Shown piece by piece: positions 41,576 through 51,222 of a DNA stretch of 64,000 bases. Both the position numbers and the translations under genes were made by a program. The notes beneath the pieces are model-generated. The model ran no database searches, was not told the origin of the DNA, and saw nothing but the letters and a program-made list of their open reading frames with translations. The stretch's first letter is position 1, and every line of letters starts with the position of its first letter. This DNA is from Candidatus Poribacteria bacterium (GTDB taxonomy: Bacteria > Poribacteria > WGA-4E > WGA-3G), in contig CAXXUA010000007.1 in the NCBI GenBank assembly GCA_963663765.2, positions 64,001-128,000 on the forward strand. Direction: 5' to 3'.

Positions 41576-42574
41576 ATGAATAAAGGATTTTTGATACTTA
41601 GCATACTGCTCTCCATGATGTTCGTTGCGTGTGGCGACGATGAGGATACGACTGTCAATCAAATGGATATGGAAACCCCAACTGTCAAAACTTATGATAC
41701 AGAGATACTCGTAGGGCATACGGATTTTGTCAGAAGTGTTGCGTTCAGTCCGGATGGCAACACACTTGTCAGTGGCGGGGATGACCACACCCTCCGCTTG
41801 TGGGACACAAGCAATCGCGCGCTTATCCAGACCCTCACTGGACATACGGATGCTGTTGAATACATCGCGTTTAGTCCGAATGGTCGTACTATCGCCAGTG
41901 GCAGTAGCGACAAGACCGTCCGGTTGTGGAACGCAAACGATGGCATGCATCTCCACACCCTCACTGGGGAAATGTACCAAATCTTTTGCGTTACGTTTAG
42001 TCCGGATGGTCGCACTATCGCCAGTGGCAGTTGGGGCGGCACCATTCGTTTGTGGAACGCAAGCGACGGCATGCTTCTCTACACCATTGACGCGCATAGG
42101 AGAGTTACCTTGAGCGTAACGTACAGCCCGGATGGCAACACACTTGTCAGTGGCGGTCTTGATGGAGCCATCCGGTTATGGCACCCACGTATTGGCACCC
42201 GGCTCGATCTCCTATATAAGCAGCAGGGGAGTGTCATGAGTATCGCATACAGTCCGGATGGCAATACTATCGCTAGTGCCGGTAGTGACAATACCATCCG
42301 TTTGTGGAACCTATATTACAACATCAATATCAGCACGTTGAAGGGGCATACAAGTTGGGTCAACAGCGTTGCGTTCAGTCCGGATGGTCGCCTACTCGCC
42401 AGTGGCAGTCGGGACGGCACCATTCGTTTGTGGAACGGAAGAAACGGCATGTATCTCGACACCCTCACTGGGCATGAGGCGATTGTTTTGAGTGTTGCGT
42501 TCAGTCCTGATAGTCGCACGCTTGCTAGTTGCGGTGAAGACAACACCGTCCGATTGTGGGATGTGAGTGAGTGA
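41576..42574 (+). CDS. Seven-bladed WD40-repeat lipoprotein
   Basis: Lipobox FVAC; seven GH...V.SVAFSPDG..LASG..D.T.RLW-type repeats. Confidence 0.9.
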   Translation: MNKGFLILSILLSMMFVACGDDEDTTVNQMDMETPTVKTYDTEILVGHTDFVRSVAFSPDGNTLVSGGDDHTLRLWDTSNRALIQTLTGHTDAVEYIAFSPNGRTIASGSSDKTVRLWNANDGMHLHTLTGEMYQIFCVTFSPDGRTIASGSWGGTIRLWNASDGMLLYTIDAHRRVTLSVTYSPDGNTLVSGGLDGAIRLWHPRIGTRLDLLYKQQGSVMSIAYSPDGNTIASAGSDNTIRLWNLYYNINISTLKGHTSWVNSVAFSPDGRLLASGSRDGTIRLWNGRNGMYLDTLTGHEAIVLSVAFSPDSRTLASCGEDNTVRLWDVSE

Positions 42575-43067
42575 TGCTGGTACCACCACAACCCAATGTA
42601 GGGCGAAATCAAAGGTATGAATGGGCGCATGGCATTCCCCGGATTTCGCGGATTGGTGTACGGAATCACGGATTACGCGGAGGATGTCTCACGTGTTGGT
42701 AGGAGCGACCTCCTGGTCGCGACTGTGTTGAAGCCGGTCGCGACCAGGAGGTCGCTTCTACCAACGTGTAAGTTCCATCTGCGTAATCCGCGATTCAGAA
42801 CGTCCAATCTGCGTCCTCTGCGATTCTGCCCGATATTTTTCTGCTTAGGATATGTATTTTCTACGCAATCCGCCCTCATGGGGGTATCTTCTCCGCGTTT
42901 TCCGTGAAATCTGCGTAATCCGTGATTCCGTACCCCAGAGTAGCGGAGTACATTCCCCTGCGTTGGTAGGAGCGACCCGGGGAATGCCCGAAGGCATTCA
43001 TACCGTTGATTTCTTGATTTACTGGTTTCGACCGTGTATCTTTCTTGTGGGAGGGGTTATCAACCCC

Positions 43068-43875
43068 GACCCTCTACAGCAATTCAAACAACACACACGA
43101 TTATCGCAGCTACCAGACGACCTCTTTGATGCCACCTACAACGCCATCATTCAGATACCGATTCAAACCCGTGCTGCACTCCAGCAACTCAACCGCGACA
43201 CTGCCGTGCAACTTGCTGAAATCCACAACTCGCACATCCTCAGCGCACAACAAAAAACTGACCAGATACAACGGATTGAACAGCAAGCCGCCCAACGTCG
43301 CATCCAAATAGAGCATCAAGCCAACCGAGCCAAAATACAGAGTTTCCAGAAAGTCGTCCAAAACTTCATCACAGGCATTGGTCGCATGATAGCCGAGCAG
43401 CTCAAACTCCGCGCCGCAGCCGCAATCACCAACACCCTCGTCGGGACACAGACAACCGCAACCCGTCCCGACACCAGCGACAATCCCATTAGTAGCATCA
43501 TCAGTACGTTTGTCCCCGTGCTTGCCAGCAAAGCAAAACCCCGCACTCGCCATCGGTAGCGGATTAGCACTTGGTGCAGCCAAACTCTACGCCGACAGCT
43601 TCGACGACCCCATCAACGATGCAATCGCACGACAAGCCGGCATCAACCAAGCACATCACCCTGCAACGGAACTCGGCAGACGTTCCGCACTTGACCTCAC
43701 AAAACACTTCGTTGACGGCTTCACCACAGAAACAACGAACCCAACCAGCACAGACACCGCACCTGTCGTCCGCAACGAAATCAAACTTATCATCGGCACC
43801 CAAGAACTCAAAGCCATATACGAGGAGACCCAACGTCAAATCAAAACAGGCACCATCACACCCACCTCATCGTAG
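43068..43875 (+). pseudogene. Frameshifted fragment resembling a phage tail tape-measure C-terminus
   Basis: Q/A/I-rich helical ORF with no credible start; frameshift near 43530 (gcaaa-gcaaaa); strongly C/A-rich composition. Confidence 0.4.
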
Positions 43876-43905
43876 GGCGGGGTCGCCGTGGAATGCCATT
43901 CTTTC

Positions 43906-43972
43906 CGTGTATACGTGTATACATTTATACGTGTATACATTTATACGTGTATACATTTATACGTGTATACAT
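43906..43972. repeat. Short tandem repeat, 16-bp unit CGTGTATACATTTATA
   Basis: About 3.5-4 units visible. Confidence 0.85.
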
Positions 43973-44505
43973 TATTTATTGAACCAGGATTCATAGGATT
44001 ATCGGATTACCAAGATTTACCTCATCCAGGTATTTTGCTGCGCGTTTATGCTTACTTTTGAATAGCGTCAGACCGCACCAGGCTCTAATCCTGAAAATCT
44101 GTAAATCCTGAAAATCCTGGTTCAGACAATAGGAGCGACCCCTCTTGTGGTAGGGGTTTTCAACCTTATAGGTGTCAACTTAAGAAAATATTGTTTGCAT
44201 TTTCTCTTGTGATAGGGGTTTTCAACCCCGATTTGAGCGGAAAAGCACTAAAAAGTAGGGGTTGAAAACCCCTACCACAAGAGGTTATAGTGAAATCTAA
44301 AAATACTTATACACTTTTGTAATTTCATCAATAGACAAATCGGGATTGTATTCGTGTTTTACGTTTAATATTAGCAAAATCTTTCTCACGCGGAACACCT
44401 TGCCAATAAAATTTGCTTAGTTTGTTATTTTCCTGCGTTTTTCACCAAATTTTAGATAAAATTCAAATATTTTTTACCTTATGCACCCTTTCGGTCTAAA
44501 ACTGT

Positions 44506-45596
44506 CAGGACTTACGCAGTCTCAAAGATTATCGATGGATTTGAGAGTTGATATCGCATATAATCATCCAATAAACTTTGTTTAAGTTCATAAATTGTTT
44601 TGCCAAGTTTACGCGCAACACGTTTCAAACAGACCCATATTTGAAAACAACAGGCAATATGATTTCTTTGGGCACGCAACTTGCGACATTGACATTTGCC
44701 AATACCCGTGACTTGTTTGATCTCACGATGGAGTTGTTCAATCTTCCAACGTATACGACATTCTTGGTGTGCCGCATCCGCATCCGATTGAGATAAATCG
44801 TTTGTCACAATATATTCCGTGCGCCCGGTAGAGGAGGCTATCCGGAACAACTTGACTTGATACCCTTTTGGAAACTTCTTGATGTGCACGCTTTTCCCTT
44901 GCCGGATTTCTGTCCGGGTCCAAGATAGGTCTTGGACTTGTTGGTGCGGTTGCTCGCCATCCGTATCGTTTACAAGACGATTTCGTTTCAGGGGCACGTA
45001 GTAAATCTTAGAAAGTTTTTCAATCGCTTTCATAACTTGCATGGAGGCATACCAAGTATCCATTAGCACCGTCCGAAACGGTATCTGTTTTTTAGAGTAA
45101 GCGTTGTGCAACATTTCCAGTAAATGGTCTATTTTGGTTTTACCATCATGATCTATGTCATAAATACGGTAATCAATAATCCAATACTCTTCTGTCTTTG
45201 GATTGACATAGATACACGTCACAATACCAATGCCTTTAACGACTTTTTTGTCGCTACCACTCCACTGAGAACGGAGGACCTCAATCTCTTTCGCATAGAG
45301 TTTAGGTAGCACAACATCGTCAAAAACAATGTAGCCATCATCATCAAACTCAATGTCGTTTTTGACCGAGTTCCAAAGTTCATTCGCGGGGATGTTTTCA
45401 CCGCTCAGAAACCGATTGATTTGATCGTGGCTCCACTTATCAGTATGGTCTGCCATATAGGTTTGTGTAAAGTTTGTAAAACTTGATAACAAAAATTGAC
45501 AATAATCTGAATATAAACTTTGTTTCTTTTCGGAAAGTGTAAATGTAATCATAATGGAATAGTATAGCACAAATCTATTATAGTGCGTAAGTCCTG
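44506..45596 (-). mobile_element. IS701-family insertion sequence
   Basis: TIR CAGGACTTACGCA; 5-bp target duplication ACTGT (44501-44505 and 45597-45601). Confidence 0.9.
44512..45570 (-). CDS. IS701-family DDE transposase
   Basis: SHDQINRFL, IVFDD, VLMDTWYA, RWKIEQLHREIKQVTGI.KCQCR. Confidence 0.9.
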   Translation of the reverse strand: MLYYSIMITFTLSEKKQSLYSDYCQFLLSSFTNFTQTYMADHTDKWSHDQINRFLSGENIPANELWNSVKNDIEFDDDGYIVFDDVVLPKLYAKEIEVLRSQWSGSDKKVVKGIGIVTCIYVNPKTEEYWIIDYRIYDIDHDGKTKIDHLLEMLHNAYSKKQIPFRTVLMDTWYASMQVMKAIEKLSKIYYVPLKRNRLVNDTDGEQPHQQVQDLSWTRTEIRQGKSVHIKKFPKGYQVKLFRIASSTGRTEYIVTNDLSQSDADAAHQECRIRWKIEQLHREIKQVTGIGKCQCRKLRAQRNHIACCFQIWVCLKRVARKLGKTIYELKQSLLDDYMRYQLSNPSIIFETA

Positions 45597-45671
45597 ACTG
45601 TGTCTTTAATATATGAAGTGTGGACCTATTTCACAAACATATATTTGAATATTCAACAAACAAAAAATCAA

Positions 45672-46217
45672 ATGAATAATCAACACAAAGTATTTATCAA
45701 CTTCTGCCATACTGAAGACCGGCACTATCAGGAACGATTTGAAGAATTGTTTTTAGATGTCTACGGCGTCATAGTGTCAAGGTCTATCAAAATAGGAGAC
45801 TTTGATAGTACGACATTCTCAACAGAACGCATTCGTCAGCACATACGTGATAAATATCTCCGGGATTCTACAGTGACTGTCGTGTTGATCGGTGCTAATA
45901 CATGGCAACAGAAATCGGTGGATTGGGGGATAAGCTCCAGTATACGTCAGACAGAATACAACACCCGCTCTGGACTTTTAGGTATTTTGTTACCAACATA
46001 TCCAAGACCCCCCGGTAAACACTACGATCCCCGCACAATCCCGCCAAGACTATACGATAACGTCGCATGTGGATTTTCCAAAATTTACAGTTGGAACGAG
46101 GCACCTTATATCGTCCAGTCCTGGATACATTATGCTCACATACGGAGAACAGAGATACTGCCTAACAACTCACGTGCTCCGTTAACAAATAACTTGTCGG
46201 GCGTAAGGTGGAACTAA
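45672..46217 (+). CDS. TIR-like domain protein (Thoeris ThsB/DUF1863-like)
   Basis: KVFINFCH, YLRDSTVTVVLIG..TW..K.VDWGI..S, GLLGILLP, IPPRLYDN. Confidence 0.75.
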   Translation: MNNQHKVFINFCHTEDRHYQERFEELFLDVYGVIVSRSIKIGDFDSTTFSTERIRQHIRDKYLRDSTVTVVLIGANTWQQKSVDWGISSSIRQTEYNTRSGLLGILLPTYPRPPGKHYDPRTIPPRLYDNVACGFSKIYSWNEAPYIVQSWIHYAHIRRTEILPNNSRAPLTNNLSGVRWN

Positions 46218-46278
46218 ATGTTTGTCAAAATATCATCAGTGTAACTCATAAATATTTATTTGTTTGAATTTTTCTTTT

Positions 46279-46413
46279 ATAGTGGATTTTAGAATTATTC
46301 TTACACTTTCAGGTGTAGGAGGGAACTCCGATTCCCGACTATCAAGACGTTCAGTCGCGATTCGGAGATCGCTCCTATAGAACAAGTGTAAACTTAATTA
46401 TATATTTCACTAT
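46279..46413. mobile_element. Small MITE-like element (TATAGTG...CACTATA) with a GTAG REP doublet
   Basis: Left end resembles 44285-44316. Confidence 0.5.
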
Positions 46414-46429
46414 AAAAAAAGTATCTAAA

Positions 46430-46560
46430 GTTTCTATCAAGCTTGCTTGACGTTAGGGAACTGTGGACATCGTAGGGGCGAGGTTTCCTCGCCTGCGTAA
46501 AACCTCTTTTCGGGCGGGAAACCCTGCCCCTACGCACAGTAACCAAAACTTTACACACCC
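46430..46560. mobile_element. Truncated MITE H followed by GCGGAAATC and a GGTAGGAGCGACC palindrome
   Basis: Matches 4890-5023. Confidence 0.8.
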
Positions 46561-46724
46561 GCGGAAATCTGGTAGGAGCGACCTCACGGTCGCGACCGGG
46601 AGGTCGCTCCTACCGTAGAGAGTAACCCCCTGCCAGTAAACAGTAGAATTCCTTAATGAGACAAGATTTATTTGAATTGGTATTAGAAGACTCCTAAGGA
46701 CTGAATATCCCTGGATGTTTTTGT

Positions 46725-46754
46725 TTGACATATCTTATAATTTGCGGTTAGAAT
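46725..46754 (+). promoter_or_regulatory. Sigma-70 promoter
   Basis: TTGACA-N18-TAGAAT upstream of 46810. Confidence 0.55.
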
Positions 46755-46809
46755 GCAATGAATAAGATGTAACAATATTCCATTTGAAAATCATATTGGA
46801 GAAAAACAA

Positions 46810-47421
46810 ATGTTCAATCAGAGTTCCCATCAGATTTCGCAAAAACCATATAGAACTTTCACCTTTGTATTATTTATACTTATGGTTGTGCTTGTATATG
46901 GTTGTAAACAAAACCAAAGTGGTGACTTCATCAAATTGGAGGAACCGCTAAAAGATGTCTTACCGAAAATAAGACTTATCCCGCCTGAACAAAAGGGCAT
47001 AGATGGTAAACCGTTGGTAATTACTTTGGCGAGTGAGTTTAGTGGTGAAGGTGAATATTCAATCGGTGGTGGTGAAACCCACAAATTTCAGTATGCTTTC
47101 CTAAATCAGTATGCTGTTGAAGGGAATAAGTATATTTATGCTGTAGTTTCCTATAATTGGGGTGGAAGCGGAAGTTTCTATTACATGACAGCAATTGATA
47201 AGACTTCACTAAAAAGTGTAAGTCAATTTCTACTTGGGGATCGGGTAAAGATTGAAAGCGTAGGTTTCAAAATGGATCCGTCCGACATTGTTTCTGTCAG
47301 TTTCAAGGAAAGAGGAGAAGGTACAGCAATGGCTGCACCACCTGACAAACTTGTAGAAATGGACTTTAAAATGCATGAAAATAAGTTAGTGGATTTCAAA
47401 TTTGTTGAAGATAAAGAATAA
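46810..47421 (+). CDS. Hypothetical lipoprotein
   Basis: Lipobox-like VYGC; GGSGSFYY and LGDRVKI motifs; GGAG RBS. Confidence 0.7.
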   Translation: MFNQSSHQISQKPYRTFTFVLFILMVVLVYGCKQNQSGDFIKLEEPLKDVLPKIRLIPPEQKGIDGKPLVITLASEFSGEGEYSIGGGETHKFQYAFLNQYAVEGNKYIYAVVSYNWGGSGSFYYMTAIDKTSLKSVSQFLLGDRVKIESVGFKMDPSDIVSVSFKERGEGTAMAAPPDKLVEMDFKMHENKLVDFKFVEDKE

Positions 47422-47523
47422 TAAATTTAATGCAACGTTATGTCCGTATTCTTGTTGCAATTGGATGGTGTAGATCTGTTGACTCACTGATGGTAAAAAT
47501 CAATTTCAGATAGGCTGTGATTC

Positions 47524-48375
47524 CTATTCTGGAATTGGTATAATATCATGTTCTATTTGGTCAACTTTACCGGGGTAGGTCTTTCCACGTATCCACATCA
47601 TGGGTCGTTTTGACATGTCAATATTAGGTCTTGCCCATTCTGCTGTTGCAGTCATATAGTGTGCGACATTCGCGCGTCGGAATCGTTGACTCTCGTTGTC
47701 GGCACTTTTGTGAAGGAGTCCATTGTCGAACCATATAACAGCACCTGCGGGTACTTCTACGGCAACACCATCTTCGTCACGGGCGCCGCGAGCAAGTTTG
47801 AACTCACCCTGTTGTGGACCTTCCAGATCATAATGGTCATATATCTTTCCTTTATGACTGCCGGGAATAACAAATAGGCAACCATTGTCGAGATCTGCAT
47901 CATCAATAGCAGTCCACGTTCCAACTGTCTTATCTGTCTTAAACTGATGGTTAAAATACCATCTATCTTGATGCCAAGGAAAACCTAAACCAATCTCAGG
48001 AGCCTTCCAAATATAGAGATTATTAAGTCCGACAATGTCTGGACCGATTAAGTCAATGACTGGACCCACTAAACGCGGATCACGTGTTCTGGCAAGGAAA
48101 TCCCGATTATAACAACTTGCATGATGAATCTTGTGCATTGCATGGATACCAGTTTTTTCTATTTCTCCTTCCGTAACCAGTGCATTCTGATTAATATGTG
48201 ATGCTGGAAAAGGGATATTTCCAACAGCAATGTCATCAGCAATTTGACGTAACACATCGTTTTCTTCTCTTGTGAATACATCAAGACGGACAAAGTATCC
48301 ATTGTCGTTCCAATGGTCAAGTTCTTCTGCTGTCAGTTTATATTTACTGTCCTCACCAGTTGTTTTTGTGTTCAT
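47524..48375 (-). CDS. PhyH-family Fe(II)/2-oxoglutarate dioxygenase
   Basis: WHQD, WTAIDDA..NGCL.VIPGSH, LLHKS..N.S..FRR. Confidence 0.9.
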   Translation of the reverse strand: MNTKTTGEDSKYKLTAEELDHWNDNGYFVRLDVFTREENDVLRQIADDIAVGNIPFPASHINQNALVTEGEIEKTGIHAMHKIHHASCYNRDFLARTRDPRLVGPVIDLIGPDIVGLNNLYIWKAPEIGLGFPWHQDRWYFNHQFKTDKTVGTWTAIDDADLDNGCLFVIPGSHKGKIYDHYDLEGPQQGEFKLARGARDEDGVAVEVPAGAVIWFDNGLLHKSADNESQRFRRANVAHYMTATAEWARPNIDMSKRPMMWIRGKTYPGKVDQIEHDIIPIPE

Positions 48376-48544
48376 AGAATCTCCATTCATGTAAGTCAGC
48401 GTGTCGTTTTGATAGTCTGACTAATACTAACAAGAAAGAAGAATAAAGTCAAATATTTTACACAGCAAAACAGAATTATGATATAATTTATATAGGTATT
48501 GTATAGGAAGCCCATGAAAATGTTTATGACAAAGGAGAATACGG

Positions 48545-49012
48545 ATGTCAAATGAGAGTAGACGTTCTTTTTTGCAAATTGCTACCGCTTTTCTTGGTGG
48601 GTTGGTAGGTTTAGCTGCCGGCATTCCACTGATAGGTTTTGCAATCTCCCCAGCGTGGAAAAAAGGCGAATCCCAGTGGGTTGACTTGGGTTTGGTAGAT
48701 CGTCTTATAAACAGCCGTTTCAAGAAGGTAAATTATACATTCACAGCGAAAGATGGTTGGGTGAAAGCCACCAAAAAACGTTCTGTATATGTAACAGATC
48801 TTGGTAATGGAGAGTGGAATGTTTTTTCACGGACATGTTCGCATCTGGGTTGCCTTGTACGTTGGGACAAGAATAAGGAGTCCTTCCTTTGTCCTTGCCA
48901 CGGTGCTGTGTTTGACAAAGATGGAGCAGTTGTTGAAGGTCCTCCACCAGAACCGTTGCAGAAACTCGAAACCAAAGTAGAAGCGGGTATTTTGTATGTT
49001 AAGGAGGTGTAA
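48545..49012 (+). CDS. Rieske 2Fe-2S subunit of a Rieske/cytochrome b complex
   Basis: Tat motif SRRSFL; CSHLGC and CPCHG; GPP. Confidence 0.92.
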   Translation: MSNESRRSFLQIATAFLGGLVGLAAGIPLIGFAISPAWKKGESQWVDLGLVDRLINSRFKKVNYTFTAKDGWVKATKKRSVYVTDLGNGEWNVFSRTCSHLGCLVRWDKNKESFLCPCHGAVFDKDGAVVEGPPPEPLQKLETKVEAGILYVKEV

Positions 49013-50230
49013 GTGAAACAGTTTCTAAATGATCGTCTCCCGTTAGATGGGATGATGTCGCATTTACGCAAACCATTGCCGAAGCATATAAACCTTCTTT
49101 TTTCATTAGGCAGTTTGGCAATGTTTCTCCTTTTACTACAAGCGGCAACGGGTGCTTTCTTAGCATTATACTATTCTCCATCTCCTGATCATGCGCATAA
49201 TGCAGTTCAGTATATCTCTAAAGAGGTGCCATTCGGTGGTTTTGTACGTGGTTTGCATCATTGGGGTGCAAGTGCAATGGTTATCATCGTCTTTTTGCAT
49301 CTGCTCCGCGTTGTTCTTTATGGGTCATATAAGAAGCCTCGTGAACTCACATGGGTTGTCGGTGTTTTCTTGCTATTGGTAGTACTCGGGTTTGGATTTA
49401 CAGGTTATCTGCTGCCGTGGGACGAAAAGGCGTATTGGGCAACGGTAGTCGGTGTGGAAATAGCGAGTACTGCACCTGTGTTGGGAGAATTTGTTGCAAA
49501 AGTTTTACGTGGTGGCTCAGAAATCGGTGCTGTGACACTCTCACGATTCTATGCACTTCATACCATTTGGTTGCCATGGTTGGTATTTGGATTAGTTGCT
49601 ATTCATCTATTTTTGGTCAGATATTACGGGTCTTCTGGTACAACAAAGAATATTCCGGAAGATATGAAAACAGGTAAACCATTCTTTCCGGATCAAGTCT
49701 TTGAGGATGTCGTCGGAATGCTGATTCTTTTCGTCATCCTTGCTTGTGCAGCACTATTTGCTGATGTGCCGCTTGAAGATGTTGCTGATCCGACGAACGC
49801 AGATTACGATCCACGTCCTGAATGGTACTTTTTATTCCTCTTTCAATTACTAAAATACTTTCAAGGTCCATTTGAAATTCTTGGTACCTTTATCATTCCA
49901 ACAGTCGGAATGTTGTTACTATTGTTCCTGCCTTTTTTAGACAGAAAAGATCGAGAAGTACTTTGGAAACGTCCTATTGCATTGACAGTGACAAGCGTCT
50001 GTGTTATTGGAATAGTGGGGTTGACGATTCTTGGTGCTAAATCACCGAAACTTGAGACTCAAGATACGACTCCGACTGAAAATGAAACGCAACAAATTAC
50101 TCCACAGGATAATACTCCGATAGAAACGGATGTAGAGGAAGATGTGTTTGATTTTCAGCTAACAGAAGATGAATTAGATCTTGAGGAAGACGTATTTGAT
50201 TTTAATTTAACAGAAGAAGAATTGGATTAA
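49013..50230 (+). CDS. Cytochrome b (b6 and subunit IV unsplit) with an acidic tail
   Basis: HHWGAS...LH, GYLLPWD, LH...IH, PEWY. Confidence 0.9.
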   Translation: MKQFLNDRLPLDGMMSHLRKPLPKHINLLFSLGSLAMFLLLLQAATGAFLALYYSPSPDHAHNAVQYISKEVPFGGFVRGLHHWGASAMVIIVFLHLLRVVLYGSYKKPRELTWVVGVFLLLVVLGFGFTGYLLPWDEKAYWATVVGVEIASTAPVLGEFVAKVLRGGSEIGAVTLSRFYALHTIWLPWLVFGLVAIHLFLVRYYGSSGTTKNIPEDMKTGKPFFPDQVFEDVVGMLILFVILACAALFADVPLEDVADPTNADYDPRPEWYFLFLFQLLKYFQGPFEILGTFIIPTVGMLLLLFLPFLDRKDREVLWKRPIALTVTSVCVIGIVGLTILGAKSPKLETQDTTPTENETQQITPQDNTPIETDVEEDVFDFQLTEDELDLEEDVFDFNLTEEELD

Positions 50231-51222
50231 ACTTCTGCAGTTTCTTCTGTAATAAAGAGTGCATCAACGAAATCTTCTGCAGCGAAGTCTCGTAAATCAT
50301 CAAGTTTTTCACCAATTCCAATAAGTTTGACAGGAGCACCGAGTTCTGCTTTGACAGCTAGGACAATTCCACCTTTTGCTGTTCCATCCAGTTTTGTCAC
50401 TACGACACCCGTAATTGGTACTGCATCGTTGAAAACCTTTGCTTGCATCAATGCATTCTGTCCGACTGTGCCATCAATGACGAGTAACACTTCATGGGGG
50501 GCATCTTCATGTGCTTGTCGCATCACACGTCCGATTTTTGATAGTTCATCCATTAATGGTTTTTTTGTATGGAGTCTGCCAGCAGTATCAACGATAAGGA
50601 CATCAACTTCGCGGTTTTTTGCTGCATGAACTGCGTCATAAACGACTGAAGCGGGTTCAGCACCTTCTCCACCACGAATTAAGTCCGCACCTGCCCTTTC
50701 ACACCAAATAGCTAATTGGTCTTCGGCAGCGGCACGGAACGTATCTCCTGCAGCAACAAGAACTCGCTTGCCATCCGTTTTGAAACGGCTTGCAAGTTTA
50801 CCGATAGTGGTCGTTTTTCCAGCTCCGTTCACACCAAGAACTAAAATTGTATAGGGAGAATCACCATCAAGTTTCAATGGAGTATCTTTACCGAGTAAAT
50901 TCTGGATTTCATCTTTGATGACGCCGCCGAGTTCAGAAGAATCACCCAGACCTTTCGTTTTGACAGTGTCTCTGACATTATCCATGAGTGTCAAGGTGGT
51001 TTCTACACCTACATCTGCTTGGATGAGTATTTCTTCAATTTCTTCCATGAGGTCTTCGTCAATTTTTCTACCGACGCGAAGCAGACTTGACAGTTGAGAG
51101 ACGAACTGGTGGCGTGTCTTTGCTAAACTGGACTTTAGACGATTAAACCAACTCTCTTTTTCCGTTGTATCCTTTGGTTCAACAGGTTTCTTTTCACCAC
51201 CTTTGAATAGGTTTCTGAGCAT
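50227..51222 (-). CDS. ftsY: SRP receptor FtsY
   Basis: GVNGAGKTT, DTFRAAA, DTAGR, TKLDGTAKGG. Confidence 0.96.
   Translation of the reverse strand: MLRNLFKGGEKKPVEPKDTTEKESWFNRLKSSLAKTRHQFVSQLSSLLRVGRKIDEDLMEEIEEILIQADVGVETTLTLMDNVRDTVKTKGLGDSSELGGVIKDEIQNLLGKDTPLKLDGDSPYTILVLGVNGAGKTTTIGKLASRFKTDGKRVLVAAGDTFRAAAEDQLAIWCERAGADLIRGGEGAEPASVVYDAVHAAKNREVDVLIVDTAGRLHTKKPLMDELSKIGRVMRQAHEDAPHEVLLVIDGTVGQNALMQAKVFNDAVPITGVVVTKLDGTAKGGIVLAVKAELGAPVKLIGIGEKLDDLRDFAAEDFVDALFITEETAEV

Noticed and set aside
42617-43067. ORFs 42617..42907, 42673..42879 and the N-terminus of 42852..43559
   Set aside because: They read through REP, family E and element C repeats and are not protein-like.
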